Shown here piece after piece: positions 27,949 through 37,343 of a stretch of 53,797 nt of DNA. Source of the DNA: Candidatus Parvarchaeota archaeon (lineage in GTDB: Archaea; Nanobdellota; Nanobdellia; Parvarchaeales; Parvarchaeaceae); NCBI GenBank assembly GCA_023378865.1, contig JAMCSP010000026.1:1-53797 (forward strand), read 5' to 3'. How positions within the stretch are numbered: the stretch's first letter is position 1; each line of letters starts with the position of its first letter. A program made the position numbers and the translations under genes. The notes under the pieces were generated by a model. That model saw only the letters and a program-made list of their open reading frames with translations. It searched no databases and was not told the origin of the DNA.

Positions 27949-28506
27949 ATGGAAAGCCTTGATGAGAAAAGGGAAGTTAGAGGAGAAGCATCAGAACTTC
28001 TTAAGCTTCTTCTTGAAAGTAGGAAAGAAGGTCTTGCTTACATGCATGCGATTGTAGACGGCCCTGATTTTAATTACAAAAGCCTGGAAAGGAAGGATTT
28101 AAACAGCAGAAAGTACAGCCTTGAGAATTCTCTCTCCGGCATAGCAGAAACATTAAAACAGTACATCTGGGAATGTGATAAGCTTTCATTTGGTAATAAA
28201 CTGCAGAATGAATTGAGGCAGTATCTTGTAAAACCCTATCTTAAAGAGGGGCTTCAGGATCTTTTGGATGATGTCTTATATGATGTAACCCAGATATATA
28301 AAATAGAAATGGATAATTCTCATGATCTGTTTTTAAATGTAAACCACAGTAAAGGAGGTTACAAAGAAAATAACAAAAATGAAAATATAAAGAAAATTCT
28401 CAAAGAGATAAATGAAATAGAGGATTCAACCGAATTTGTATGCAATTTAGAGGATAGCATTGATTTTGCAAGAGGATTGAAGATTATAACCTATAAAAAA
28501 TTATAA
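27949..28506 (+). CDS. Hypothetical protein
   Basis: 185-aa helical-looking ORF; no motif recognised. Confidence 0.6.
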   Translation: MESLDEKREVRGEASELLKLLLESRKEGLAYMHAIVDGPDFNYKSLERKDLNSRKYSLENSLSGIAETLKQYIWECDKLSFGNKLQNELRQYLVKPYLKEGLQDLLDDVLYDVTQIYKIEMDNSHDLFLNVNHSKGGYKENNKNENIKKILKEINEIEDSTEFVCNLEDSIDFARGLKIITYKKL

Positions 28507-28530
28507 ATACTTGCTAATCGTTTTGTAGTT

Positions 28531-28803
28531 ATGGGTTCAGATGATTCGAAAAAGAGTATAGCTAAATTGTTTCTTCACGATAAGCCCTTTCTTTTGCTGA
28601 AAGCTATAAATGAGAGCAGACAGCCAGTTTACGCTACGATGATCTCCAAGAAAATAGACTGCAGCTATGCTTACATAGTAAGACTGATAAAAGTAATGAA
28701 CAAGATGGATCTAGTGTACTTTGACGGGAGCAATCACAAGAAGATAATAAATCTCACGCAGAAAGGAAAGAAATTATTCAAGCTTCTGTCAGAAATAGAA
28801 TAA
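28531..28803 (+). CDS. Winged-helix (MarR-like) DNA-binding protein
   Basis: YATMISKKIDCSYAYIVRLI...LTQKGK pattern. Confidence 0.75.
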   Translation: MGSDDSKKSIAKLFLHDKPFLLLKAINESRQPVYATMISKKIDCSYAYIVRLIKVMNKMDLVYFDGSNHKKIINLTQKGKKLFKLLSEIE

Positions 28804-29271
28804 TTAGTCTGTTTTGTCGATTGACTTGGCGTATTCCTCTATTTTGCTTAGCATTCTGTCTATTATGTAAGGTTTTATAAAACTTGATATTATCTCATTA
28901 AGTTTCATGTTTTCCTTTATTCTATAAAAACTATTTCTTTTTTCGACTAATCCAACAGCTATGAGTTTTCTTAAATCTCTAAGTATGTTTGCATACACTA
29001 TTTTTACCTTTCTTTTATACAGCTCCTTTATTATCTCATAGCTGTCCAGTCCTTCAGGCCTCTTTTTCCTTGCTTTAAGCAGTATGTCAAGTAAGTACAC
29101 TATCGCTATCCTGCTTTCCCCAGGGCTTATAAGTCCCAATGAAATGCAGAATCTCCTTAAGTTTGTATTATAATCGTTTGTCGGCCTTTCGAATTCATTT
29201 AAAGATATGCCGCTTAATGGCCGGTCTTTGAACAGTCTTTCCCTTATTTTTTTATTTTCTTTATTGTCCAT
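28804..29271 (-). CDS. Winged-helix domain protein
   Basis: LDSYEII...YANILRDLRKLIAVGLVEK..SFYRI pattern. Confidence 0.65.
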   Translation of the reverse strand: MDNKENKKIRERLFKDRPLSGISLNEFERPTNDYNTNLRRFCISLGLISPGESRIAIVYLLDILLKARKKRPEGLDSYEIIKELYKRKVKIVYANILRDLRKLIAVGLVEKRNSFYRIKENMKLNEIISSFIKPYIIDRMLSKIEEYAKSIDKTD

Positions 29272-29277
29272 GAATCT

Positions 29278-30576
29278 TTATTTTTTCGTGTCTTGTGAAT
29301 ATAATTTGTTCTGCATTTCGACTACGTCATCCTTTGTTGCAAAGAGTGAAAGGCCGCTGTTTATTTTATTGACCGTGCCCTCCATTTCCGACAGTCTCTT
29401 GTTTAAATCATTTATTTTTGTGCTTAAGTCCATGAACTTATTCATGTTTGAATTTACCTGATTAAACATTACTTCTATTTTAGAAGTCTGTGAATTTACT
29501 CTGTTTTCACTGTCTTCTACATTTTTGTACACATTCTCCACGTTTTCAAATAGCTTTGCAGCGTTCTTTACCACAGATAGCGAATTTACCCTGTTTGAAA
29601 GCTCAGTAACCGATTTTGATAAATTATTGTTTGTATCTATTATCTTTTCGATTTCGCCCGACATAACTTCGGCTTTATCCTGCGTTTTTCTAAGTTCTAT
29701 AACAAGTTCTGCAGGGTTATAAGCTGTAACTGTGGACAAAGTTGACCTTGCACTGTTCATGAAATCATTAATATGGTTTTGCGTGTCGTTTATCCCCTTT
29801 TGTATGTTTTCAAATTCGCTGCTTACCGTTTCCATCTTCAGATTCAAGCCATTTATCTCTACGGTTAGTGAATTTACAGTATTGATTACTTTGTCAAATT
29901 TGCTTTCTGAGTCTACTTTGTATTTTTTAAGTTCATTTATGTCATCAGAAAACGAATTTATACTCGGTAATGAGGAATAAACAGTCTCATTTAACTTATC
30001 AAGCTTTTGTTGCAGTTCATTGTCGGCAGCTGATAAATTTGCGGCAGTTTCCTTCATATTCGTCATTGCCACTTCATATTGGCGTGAAAGTGCGGATACG
30101 CTGTCTTCTATTCTTTTAATGTTATCACTGTAATCCTTGTCTTTCATGTTTATGGCTTTTGCCACTCCATTAAAGTTTTCTATTGCTTTATTGACATTGT
30201 CAGAAAGCTCCTCCATGTTAGAGTGAATGAAATTAAAGGAATCATTTAATTTGTTTATTTTTGCCGCAGAATCATTGTAAGCATCGTTCATTTTTTCTAT
30301 TGATGAATTGAATGCGGATATTGCGTTATTTACAGCATTTGACAGTATAGACATATCCGAGTTTATCTTTTCAATTTTACCTTCAAGCTCTGTTGAGCCT
30401 CCTAGCTGATTTATTTTGTTGTTTAGTGCTATGTCCTGCTGGTTCAATGCATCTATTTTTTTGTATAAATCAGAAATTAATGTGCTTATGGAACTATTAA
30501 ATTTGTCAATTCCTGTAAGATATGATTCATAGTCTTTTCCTACGTTTTGATCATTATCGCTTTCCATATAAAGCAT
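29278..30576 (-). CDS. Long coiled-coil protein
   Basis: 432 aa of near-continuous heptad pattern, N/S/K/E-rich, almost no Pro, no TM and no ATPase motif. Confidence 0.7.
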   Translation of the reverse strand: MLYMESDNDQNVGKDYESYLTGIDKFNSSISTLISDLYKKIDALNQQDIALNNKINQLGGSTELEGKIEKINSDMSILSNAVNNAISAFNSSIEKMNDAYNDSAAKINKLNDSFNFIHSNMEELSDNVNKAIENFNGVAKAINMKDKDYSDNIKRIEDSVSALSRQYEVAMTNMKETAANLSAADNELQQKLDKLNETVYSSLPSINSFSDDINELKKYKVDSESKFDKVINTVNSLTVEINGLNLKMETVSSEFENIQKGINDTQNHINDFMNSARSTLSTVTAYNPAELVIELRKTQDKAEVMSGEIEKIIDTNNNLSKSVTELSNRVNSLSVVKNAAKLFENVENVYKNVEDSENRVNSQTSKIEVMFNQVNSNMNKFMDLSTKINDLNKRLSEMEGTVNKINSGLSLFATKDDVVEMQNKLYSQDTKK

Positions 30577-30601
30577 ACTGCTCTTTTTTATATTTAAACT
30601 T

Positions 30602-31513
30602 TTAAACTACAGGGCTTTTTACAAGCTCTTCTTTTAGCTTACATGCCTCGCAAATATCATTGGCAGATGGGAAACCGCAGTACCTGCATTTGTTCATCTT
30701 TATGCCGCTATCCGCACTGTACCCCTTTTTTATCTCAAGCATTGCGTTTATCACGTTTCTTTTTGATCCTGTGAATTCCGTTTCCATCTGTTTTATTTTT
30801 CTGGAAATCAGGCCTCTAAAGCCCATCCCTGCATACGGGCATGGAGTATGTATGGCATTTATCCCGTTTAGCATGGAAAAAAGCATCGTTTCTTTTTCGT
30901 TCAGGAAAAGGAAGGGCTTTATTCTTGGAACAAACCCCTTTTCTTTAATAATCCCGGAATAAGCCCCAAGCCTCACCATCTTATCAATGTCATTCTGGAC
31001 AAGATTCATTATTACGTTTTCTGCTTCGTCGTCCATGTTGTGCGCAGTTGCAACTTTGTCCGCATGGACTTCTGAAGCGGCATAGTTTATAAGGTACCTT
31101 CGCAACACGCCGCATGCAGAGCAGGGTATCCCAGTCCTTGTTTTTGTTATTGAATCCATCGTACGGCCAGCAAAATCCTTGTATGAGTAAATTTTGTATT
31201 CTACTTCGTATTTGTTGCAGTAATCCTTCATTATTTCTATGGTTTTGTCCCTGTAACCTTTTATTCCCTCATCTATAGTTATTGAAACAATTTCATTTGA
31301 TTTTTTGAAGTATTTTGAAAGTATGTAAAGCAGTGATAATGAGTCTTTTCCCCCAGAATTCGCAACTGCTATTCTCTCTCCTTTTTTAATGAGCCCATAT
31401 CTTTTAATTGTAGAGAGAGTTATTTCCTCAAATCTCTGCTTGAAGTGCTCTGCGCAAAGTGTACCATTGTTTGTGGATATAACTGCCTCTGAACCGCATA
31501 TTTCACATTCCAT
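30602..31513 (-). CDS. tRNA 2-thiolation protein TtuA/Ncs6 family
   Basis: N- and C-terminal Zn fingers, SGGKDS, CSACGVLRR, HNMDDEAE and CPYA motifs. Confidence 0.92.
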   Translation of the reverse strand: MECEICGSEAVISTNNGTLCAEHFKQRFEEITLSTIKRYGLIKKGERIAVANSGGKDSLSLLYILSKYFKKSNEIVSITIDEGIKGYRDKTIEIMKDYCNKYEVEYKIYSYKDFAGRTMDSITKTRTGIPCSACGVLRRYLINYAASEVHADKVATAHNMDDEAENVIMNLVQNDIDKMVRLGAYSGIIKEKGFVPRIKPFLFLNEKETMLFSMLNGINAIHTPCPYAGMGFRGLISRKIKQMETEFTGSKRNVINAMLEIKKGYSADSGIKMNKCRYCGFPSANDICEACKLKEELVKSPVV

Positions 31514-31716
31514 TATCCCCCTGAAAAAACCTCTACTACGTTTATTTCATCTCCTTCTCTTATACTTTGATCTTTTGTGTATATTTTTCCGTCCTTGCCT
31601 ACAAGTATTACTGAGTCATCATTAAGCGATAGTTTTTCAAGTAGCTCTGTTACAGAGTTGCTCTCTATTTTCACAGTTTTTTCTCCAAAATTTATGTTAT
31701 TGAGCTTTATTTCCAT
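31513..31716 (-). CDS. Ubiquitin-like sulfur carrier (SAMP/ThiS/MoaD family)
   Basis: 67 aa ending VFSGG, coupled to the TtuA-like gene. Confidence 0.9.
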   Translation of the reverse strand: MEIKLNNINFGEKTVKIESNSVTELLEKLSLNDDSVILVGKDGKIYTKDQSIREGDEINVVEVFSGG

Positions 31717-34065
31717 TTAATTGATTATGTTATGCATGCTCTTTAAATCCTTTTCAAAAGGCTTTAGATCCTGCGGTATTTCAATCTTTATTTCGTCCCT
31801 CAATGAAAGCTTTTTCTCCTTTTTTGAATTCCAAATTTTGCTGTTGAATTCCATTAATTTATCCCCAAGGAGCAAAATTGCATCATCATATTTTTTTGAT
31901 TCTGGTATTCTCTGGTAATGGATGGATTCTTTACCGTAAAGTACGTCCCAAAGCGTTTGCGTTATAAAAGGAGTTACAGGTGCTATCAGCAGTAGTATCC
32001 TATTAAGAACGTAATTAAGCGTATAAATCGCAGCTTTTTTCTCATTTTCAGAAAAGTTCTCGCCGTATGCTCTTGCCTTTACAAGCTCTATATAATGCGG
32101 TGCGAATACGTTCCACACAAATTCCCTTATCTTATTTGCAGGAATAAAGGGGTTTAATCCTTCATAGCCTTTTCTGCATTCTTCTGTTAATTTTTCTGTA
32201 TAGGCAATTATCCACTTGTCGCTTTCATTAAGTTCTGCTTCATTGATATCTTCGGATTTTCCGAATTGGTTTATAAGCCTTGCAACATTCCACAGCTTTG
32301 TCAAGAATTTAGCACTCCCCTGCATTCTGCTCTCAGAGAAAAGGAAGTTGCTCCCAGGCAGAGCTTCCGAAGCAGCCCAGAACCTGAATGCATCTGCACC
32401 GTATTTATCTATTACAATAGTAGGGTCAATTCCATTCCCTTTTGATTTTGACATTTTTTCTCCATGTTCATCCAGGCCCATGCCGTCTATCCAGGCCTTT
32501 TCCCATGGCAGTTTATCAGTTAATAAGTAGCACCGTAGTATGCTGTAATTAAGCCAGGTTCTTATTATGTCTATTCCCTGCGTCCTTAGGCTAAGCGGAT
32601 ACGTTTTTTCATAGAAATCTTTGTCAGACAGATATTTTGTAACATACAAGGCGGAAACACTTGAATCCATCCAGGTGTCAAATGTTCTATCATCCCCAAT
32701 GAATTCTCTCCCGCCACATTTCGTGCATACTGCATTTTGCGGAGGCTTTTCCTTCCATGGCTGGTAATACCTGCCTTCCTCCGGTATGTATGGCTCGTTG
32801 CATTTTGTGCAGTACCATAGGGGTATCTCCGTTCCGTAATATCTTCTCCTGGAGATAGGCCAATCGGTAGAGACCTTAAGCCAGTTTATCAGTATCTGCT
32901 TGTGCTGTTCAGGAATCATTGTAAGTTCGTTTGCCAGCTCCTCTAATTTATCCTTTATGTCAGTGACCTTTAGGTAATACTCATCAAGAGGGATTATCTC
33001 TATGGGTGTTTTGCTTCTTTCGCACATCGGTGTTCTGTGTTGTATATTTTCTATCTTTTCCACGTAGCCTGCTTCTTGAAGCATCGAGATTATTTCTTTC
33101 CTTGCTTCCTTCACTTTCAGGCCCTTTAGCTTTTCTCCTGCATTTTCGTTCATCCTTCCATTCGTGTCTATTATGATGTTTTCAGGAAGCTTAAGCTCTT
33201 TTATAATCATTACGTCGTTGTAATCCCCATAGCTGCATATCATAACCGCACCGCTTCCAAATTCAGCCTTTGCATAGCTATGTGCGATTATTTTAACCTC
33301 TTTGTTGTATATGGGAGTAATAGCCGTTTTATTAATTAAATCCCTGAACCTTTCATCTTCCGGATTTACAAGTATTGCAGAACATGCACCTAAAAGCTCA
33401 GGGCGCGTACTTGCTACCAGTATTTTTTTATCCGAGCCTTTTATATTAAAGTAAAAATATACAAGGTTAGTATCCATTTCTTTGTATTCTATCTCTGCAT
33501 CGGCTATTGTAGTACCGCAGTCTATGCAGTAATTGCTTGGTCGTGTGCCTCTTATTATTTTTCCTTTTTTCCACATCTCTATAAAAGTGCTTTGGGTAAG
33601 TGTCCGGTATTCTACAGAGTCAGTTCTATAAACATTTTCAAAGTCAGCTGAATATGCAAACGATCTTAAAATTTCAAACATTTCTTTTTCCAGTTCATCA
33701 AGGGATTCTCTGCACAAATCTATGAATTTGTCTCTTGGGGTATCTCTCATTTTTATGTCATATTTCTTTTCAGCGTATCTTTCTACGGGTATTCCGTTTC
33801 TGTCCATCCCAACCGGAAACAGAACTTCTTTTCCAAGCATTCTTTGTGATCTTGCAATTGCGTCTATTTTCGAGTACTGGGCTGCTGCTCCCAAATGCCA
33901 AGGTCTTCCAGATGTATAAGGTGGAGGAGTATCGATGGAGAAGATTTTCTTTTCAGAGGATGGGGAAAAAGTCCATTTAAGTGAATTTACCTTCTTCTCT
34001 GCTTCTTTCTCTAGTCTTCTGTCCCAGTTCTTGTTTTCTTCAAATATTTTGCTGTCTTCGGCCAT
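31717..34065 (-). CDS. valS: Valyl-tRNA synthetase
   Basis: IDTPPPYTSG..HLG, STRPEL, DWPISRRR, FDTWMDSS and KMSKS motifs. Confidence 0.95.
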   Translation of the reverse strand: MAEDSKIFEENKNWDRRLEKEAEKKVNSLKWTFSPSSEKKIFSIDTPPPYTSGRPWHLGAAAQYSKIDAIARSQRMLGKEVLFPVGMDRNGIPVERYAEKKYDIKMRDTPRDKFIDLCRESLDELEKEMFEILRSFAYSADFENVYRTDSVEYRTLTQSTFIEMWKKGKIIRGTRPSNYCIDCGTTIADAEIEYKEMDTNLVYFYFNIKGSDKKILVASTRPELLGACSAILVNPEDERFRDLINKTAITPIYNKEVKIIAHSYAKAEFGSGAVMICSYGDYNDVMIIKELKLPENIIIDTNGRMNENAGEKLKGLKVKEARKEIISMLQEAGYVEKIENIQHRTPMCERSKTPIEIIPLDEYYLKVTDIKDKLEELANELTMIPEQHKQILINWLKVSTDWPISRRRYYGTEIPLWYCTKCNEPYIPEEGRYYQPWKEKPPQNAVCTKCGGREFIGDDRTFDTWMDSSVSALYVTKYLSDKDFYEKTYPLSLRTQGIDIIRTWLNYSILRCYLLTDKLPWEKAWIDGMGLDEHGEKMSKSKGNGIDPTIVIDKYGADAFRFWAASEALPGSNFLFSESRMQGSAKFLTKLWNVARLINQFGKSEDINEAELNESDKWIIAYTEKLTEECRKGYEGLNPFIPANKIREFVWNVFAPHYIELVKARAYGENFSENEKKAAIYTLNYVLNRILLLIAPVTPFITQTLWDVLYGKESIHYQRIPESKKYDDAILLLGDKLMEFNSKIWNSKKEKKLSLRDEIKIEIPQDLKPFEKDLKSMHNIIN

Positions 34066-34096
34066 TCTAATACAATATTGTTTTCGTTTTTATTCT

Positions 34097-35428
34097 TTAC
34101 TCGAAAGTTATTTCCTGGCCATCAAGCAGAATGTGCGAATTTTTGTTAAGTTCATATCCAAACTCCCTTGCCAGCTCTATATTTGCGCTTAACTTTTCTA
34201 TTCCGCCGTGCGAGGGTATCAAGTGTTTCGGCATAAGCATCTTTATAAGAAGTTTATGGTCGTTCTTAGATGCATGACCGGAGACATGTACGTCATCCGC
34301 GACGTTGACATTTAGGCTTTCAAGTGCGCTTTTTAGCATCCCCTTGTTTGCTTCGTTTATCGGGGTTGGTATCGTTCTGGAAGAAAATATCACTGCATCT
34401 TCATTTGAAAGGTGATATTGATACTGGCCGGTTACAAGCTTATCCAAAAATGCGCCTTTTTCTCCCTGGTGGCCTGTGCAGATAATTACATATTTTCCAG
34501 GCCTTTCCGCAACAAATTTAAGTGCACTGTTTATCTGCTCCTTTCTTACGGTAACTTCTGGCAGTGTTCCCCTGTTTATTATACCGGTGTTTATTGCTGC
34601 TTTTATGTACATATCCATGCTTCTGCCGAATATCATAACATTTCTGTTCATTTTCCTGCTTATCTCAACAATGTTCTTTATCCGTGCTATGTGTGAAGAA
34701 AAGGTGGATATGAATATTGTTTTATTGTCCAGGCTTTTTTTGATTACATCTTCAAGCATTATCTTTACAACGCTTTCTGAAAACGTATATCCATCCACTT
34801 CTGCGTTTGTAGAATCGGATATCAAAATGAATACTCCCTCCTTTCTAAGCTCTTCCAATCTTTCATAATCCGGCTTCTTTCCAAGTGTTGGAGTATTGTC
34901 AAATTTCCAGTCATTCGCATATACTATTACTCCATACTTAGTGTGCAGTGCTATCATTGAACTGTTTGGTATGGAATGCGTTATATTCACAAGTTCCAAT
35001 TTTATGTTCTCTGATATCTTGTACATTGTGCCAGTGTTTAGCTGTACAAGATTAAGCGATCTTACCTTAAAGTTTTTCATGAGGTTTTCTATTACCTTTA
35101 TAGTAAAAGGCGTAGCGATAACCGGACATTTATACTTTTGACTAAGAAAAGGTACTGCCCAGATATGGTCTAGGTGACCGTGTGTAAGCACAATTGCCTT
35201 TACCTTTTTGCCTTCTTCTAAAAAGAAGCTTCTGTCATCAGGTATAACCCCGTTGTCTATAAGCGCCGTCAGGTCGTTTACAGTTATGTCGTTTTTATCC
35301 TCCTCAAAATTAACGAGCTTTTCTATGTCTGCACCCATGTCGGTTAATACTATTTCACCGTCAACTTCTATTGCAGTCATGCTTTTTCCTATTTTACTAT
35401 ATCCTCCAAATGCTTTTACCTTTATCAT
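34097..35428 (-). CDS. rnj: Archaeal ribonuclease J
   Basis: THGHLDH, THSIP, DWKFD, TFSSHIARI, HVSGH and PSHG motifs. Confidence 0.92.
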   Translation of the reverse strand: MIKVKAFGGYSKIGKSMTAIEVDGEIVLTDMGADIEKLVNFEEDKNDITVNDLTALIDNGVIPDDRSFFLEEGKKVKAIVLTHGHLDHIWAVPFLSQKYKCPVIATPFTIKVIENLMKNFKVRSLNLVQLNTGTMYKISENIKLELVNITHSIPNSSMIALHTKYGVIVYANDWKFDNTPTLGKKPDYERLEELRKEGVFILISDSTNAEVDGYTFSESVVKIMLEDVIKKSLDNKTIFISTFSSHIARIKNIVEISRKMNRNVMIFGRSMDMYIKAAINTGIINRGTLPEVTVRKEQINSALKFVAERPGKYVIICTGHQGEKGAFLDKLVTGQYQYHLSNEDAVIFSSRTIPTPINEANKGMLKSALESLNVNVADDVHVSGHASKNDHKLLIKMLMPKHLIPSHGGIEKLSANIELAREFGYELNKNSHILLDGQEITFE

Positions 35429-36339
35429 ATTTCTTTTATAAACTCACCTACGTTTTCATATTTCTTTTTTTTGGAAAGATCCCTAAGAAGTTTGACAGTT
35501 CCACTGCCATACTGCATAGCTTTTTTTCTTCTTTCCGTTATTTTTCCGCTTAGTCCAATGGATTTACCGATTGAACGGACCGGAAATTTATCATAATTTT
35601 CCGCTAGCTCTTCTACGCTTTTTGAAAGAGCCGCTCCTATTACCTTATCATCAAGGTAGGGGAATGCAATTGATATATCCAATTTATGGGCAATCGAGTT
35701 TAATCTCCATAAATCCAGTGCAGGCATGTAGAAAAGCCTGGATTCCCTAAATTCACCAAGTTCCTCTCTTTTCATTGTTTTGTGTTTCTGGAATCCAAAA
35801 AATAGTTCATCGCTGCCTACCCCGCTTATTATCCTTTTCAATCTCATTTTCTTTGCTCTTTCAATTGACAAAAATTCAGTTATCCCCATTATTATGTTAT
35901 AAATGTCAAGTTTCAATTCTTTTAGTTCTTTAATGGCATGGATTAGATTTTCTTCTGTTATTGTTACATTATTCAAAGAACCGTTTAATTCACCGCTTAG
36001 AATGCCTGCATAGTAAGCATCTTCACTGTCTTCAGTGCCTGCAGATATAAGTTTTACCTCCTTGAATTCTTTAACTGCAATAGCAGCCAGAACAGATGAA
36101 TCTATCCCTCCTGAAACCAGAACAGAATCGGGTTTAAATCGTAGAATGCTGTCTTTTAAGGCCTGTGCAATATCCAGCTGTCCGGTTTTCTCATTTTTTC
36201 CTAGTTTTACTTTTATAACGTTATCTGAAATGGTTACTGCGGCTCCGCCTGGAAAAATAAACCTAAAATCAAAAATCTCTTCGTTTTTTGAGGCTGAATT
36301 TATCTTATCGATCAGTAATGTGTCATTTCTATTTTTCAT
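35425..36339 (-). CDS. Asparagine-synthase C-terminal-domain (PP-loop) protein lacking glutaminase domain
   Basis: SGGIDSS, SGVGSDELFFG, FPYLD and KKAMQYGSG motifs; no N-terminal CG Ntn domain. Confidence 0.8.
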   Translation of the reverse strand: MKNRNDTLLIDKINSASKNEEIFDFRFIFPGGAAVTISDNVIKVKLGKNEKTGQLDIAQALKDSILRFKPDSVLVSGGIDSSVLAAIAVKEFKEVKLISAGTEDSEDAYYAGILSGELNGSLNNVTITEENLIHAIKELKELKLDIYNIIMGITEFLSIERAKKMRLKRIISGVGSDELFFGFQKHKTMKREELGEFRESRLFYMPALDLWRLNSIAHKLDISIAFPYLDDKVIGAALSKSVEELAENYDKFPVRSIGKSIGLSGKITERRKKAMQYGSGTVKLLRDLSKKKKYENVGEFIKEI

Positions 36340-36673
36340 ATATTTTCATCTGTAGTTTGTCTCCCACTTTTATGTCATATTTTCTGTCTACAGGAAGTTC
36401 CAAAACATGCTGTGCGTCTTCGGGCCCATTGTAAAGCCGCCATTTTCTTGCAATGGTCTGATGCACTACTTTTAGATCCTTGTCAAGCCATATAACCCTT
36501 AATTCGAACCTTACAAAATTCATGTGTATGTCCTTTACATCCGGCAGGAAAGCGCCAGTTCCAGGACTTGAAACAAACATTAAACCCAAAATCCTGCTTG
36601 AAAGCGTTTTACAGTATTTGACGTCTTTTGCTATAATTTTTCCTTTTTTGTAGAAATCACATTTCTCTTTCAT
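36329..36673 (-). CDS. DUF192 family protein
   Basis: RILGLMF, IHMNFV, VIWLD and VLELP motifs. Confidence 0.8.
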   Translation of the reverse strand: MKEKCDFYKKGKIIAKDVKYCKTLSSRILGLMFVSSPGTGAFLPDVKDIHMNFVRFELRVIWLDKDLKVVHQTIARKWRLYNGPEDAQHVLELPVDRKYDIKVGDKLQMKIYEK

Positions 36674-36741
36674 TGTTTTTTCTCCACTCTGTGCATAGTA
36701 TATTGATGTTTTTATTTGACTTTTTGCTATTCATATTATGT

Positions 36742-37341
36742 TTAAAATTCAAGTTCTTTTGATACAAAATCTTCAAGACTTACTTTTTCAAGTTTTTCTT
36801 TTTCCTCCTTCTTAGCCATGTTCATTGCAAGCAGGAATAATATCAATCCTATACTGTTTCCGCTTTTGTTGTTTCCAGGTATTATTAAGTCGATAAATGC
36901 AGTGCTGTTATCAGTATTTGTTATCCCAACAATTGGAATGTTTATCTTCTTTGCATCGTTTATTGCCCTTCTGTTTGATTTAGGGTCTGTTATTAACAGA
37001 ACTTTAGGCTCAAAGAAATTCTTATAGCTTATATTTGTAAGCGATCCGGCAAGGTACCTTCCGAAATTTACACTTATCCCCATTAGCTTGGAAAAATTAT
37101 AAACAGGATAATAAGCACTGTCAAGCGTTGATACCAACAATATGTTTTTTCTTTTGTAGCCGTTTAGGAATTTAGCAGCCAATTTTATCCTTTCGTCGAT
37201 AAGTTTTATATTCAGTATAGTAAATTTGTTTGGGATTTTCTTGAAAACAAACCTTTCAAACTCCTTATTATTGGCGTTTGCTCCTATTCTGGTTCCGTAA
37301 GTCTTGTACGCTTCCAACTTGTCTATTTTTTTAAATACCAT
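36742..37341 (-). CDS. rps2: 30S ribosomal protein S2
   Basis: GRYLAGSLTN, EPKVLLITDP and IDLIIPGNNKS motifs. Confidence 0.92.
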   Translation of the reverse strand: MVFKKIDKLEAYKTYGTRIGANANNKEFERFVFKKIPNKFTILNIKLIDERIKLAAKFLNGYKRKNILLVSTLDSAYYPVYNFSKLMGISVNFGRYLAGSLTNISYKNFFEPKVLLITDPKSNRRAINDAKKINIPIVGITNTDNSTAFIDLIIPGNNKSGNSIGLILFLLAMNMAKKEEKEKLEKVSLEDFVSKELEF

Positions 37342-37343
37342 AT

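Noticed and set aside
29278-30576. Call as SMC/Rad50 or chemoreceptor
   Set aside because: No Walker motifs, hinge or zinc hook, TM segments, or MCP hairpin signature.
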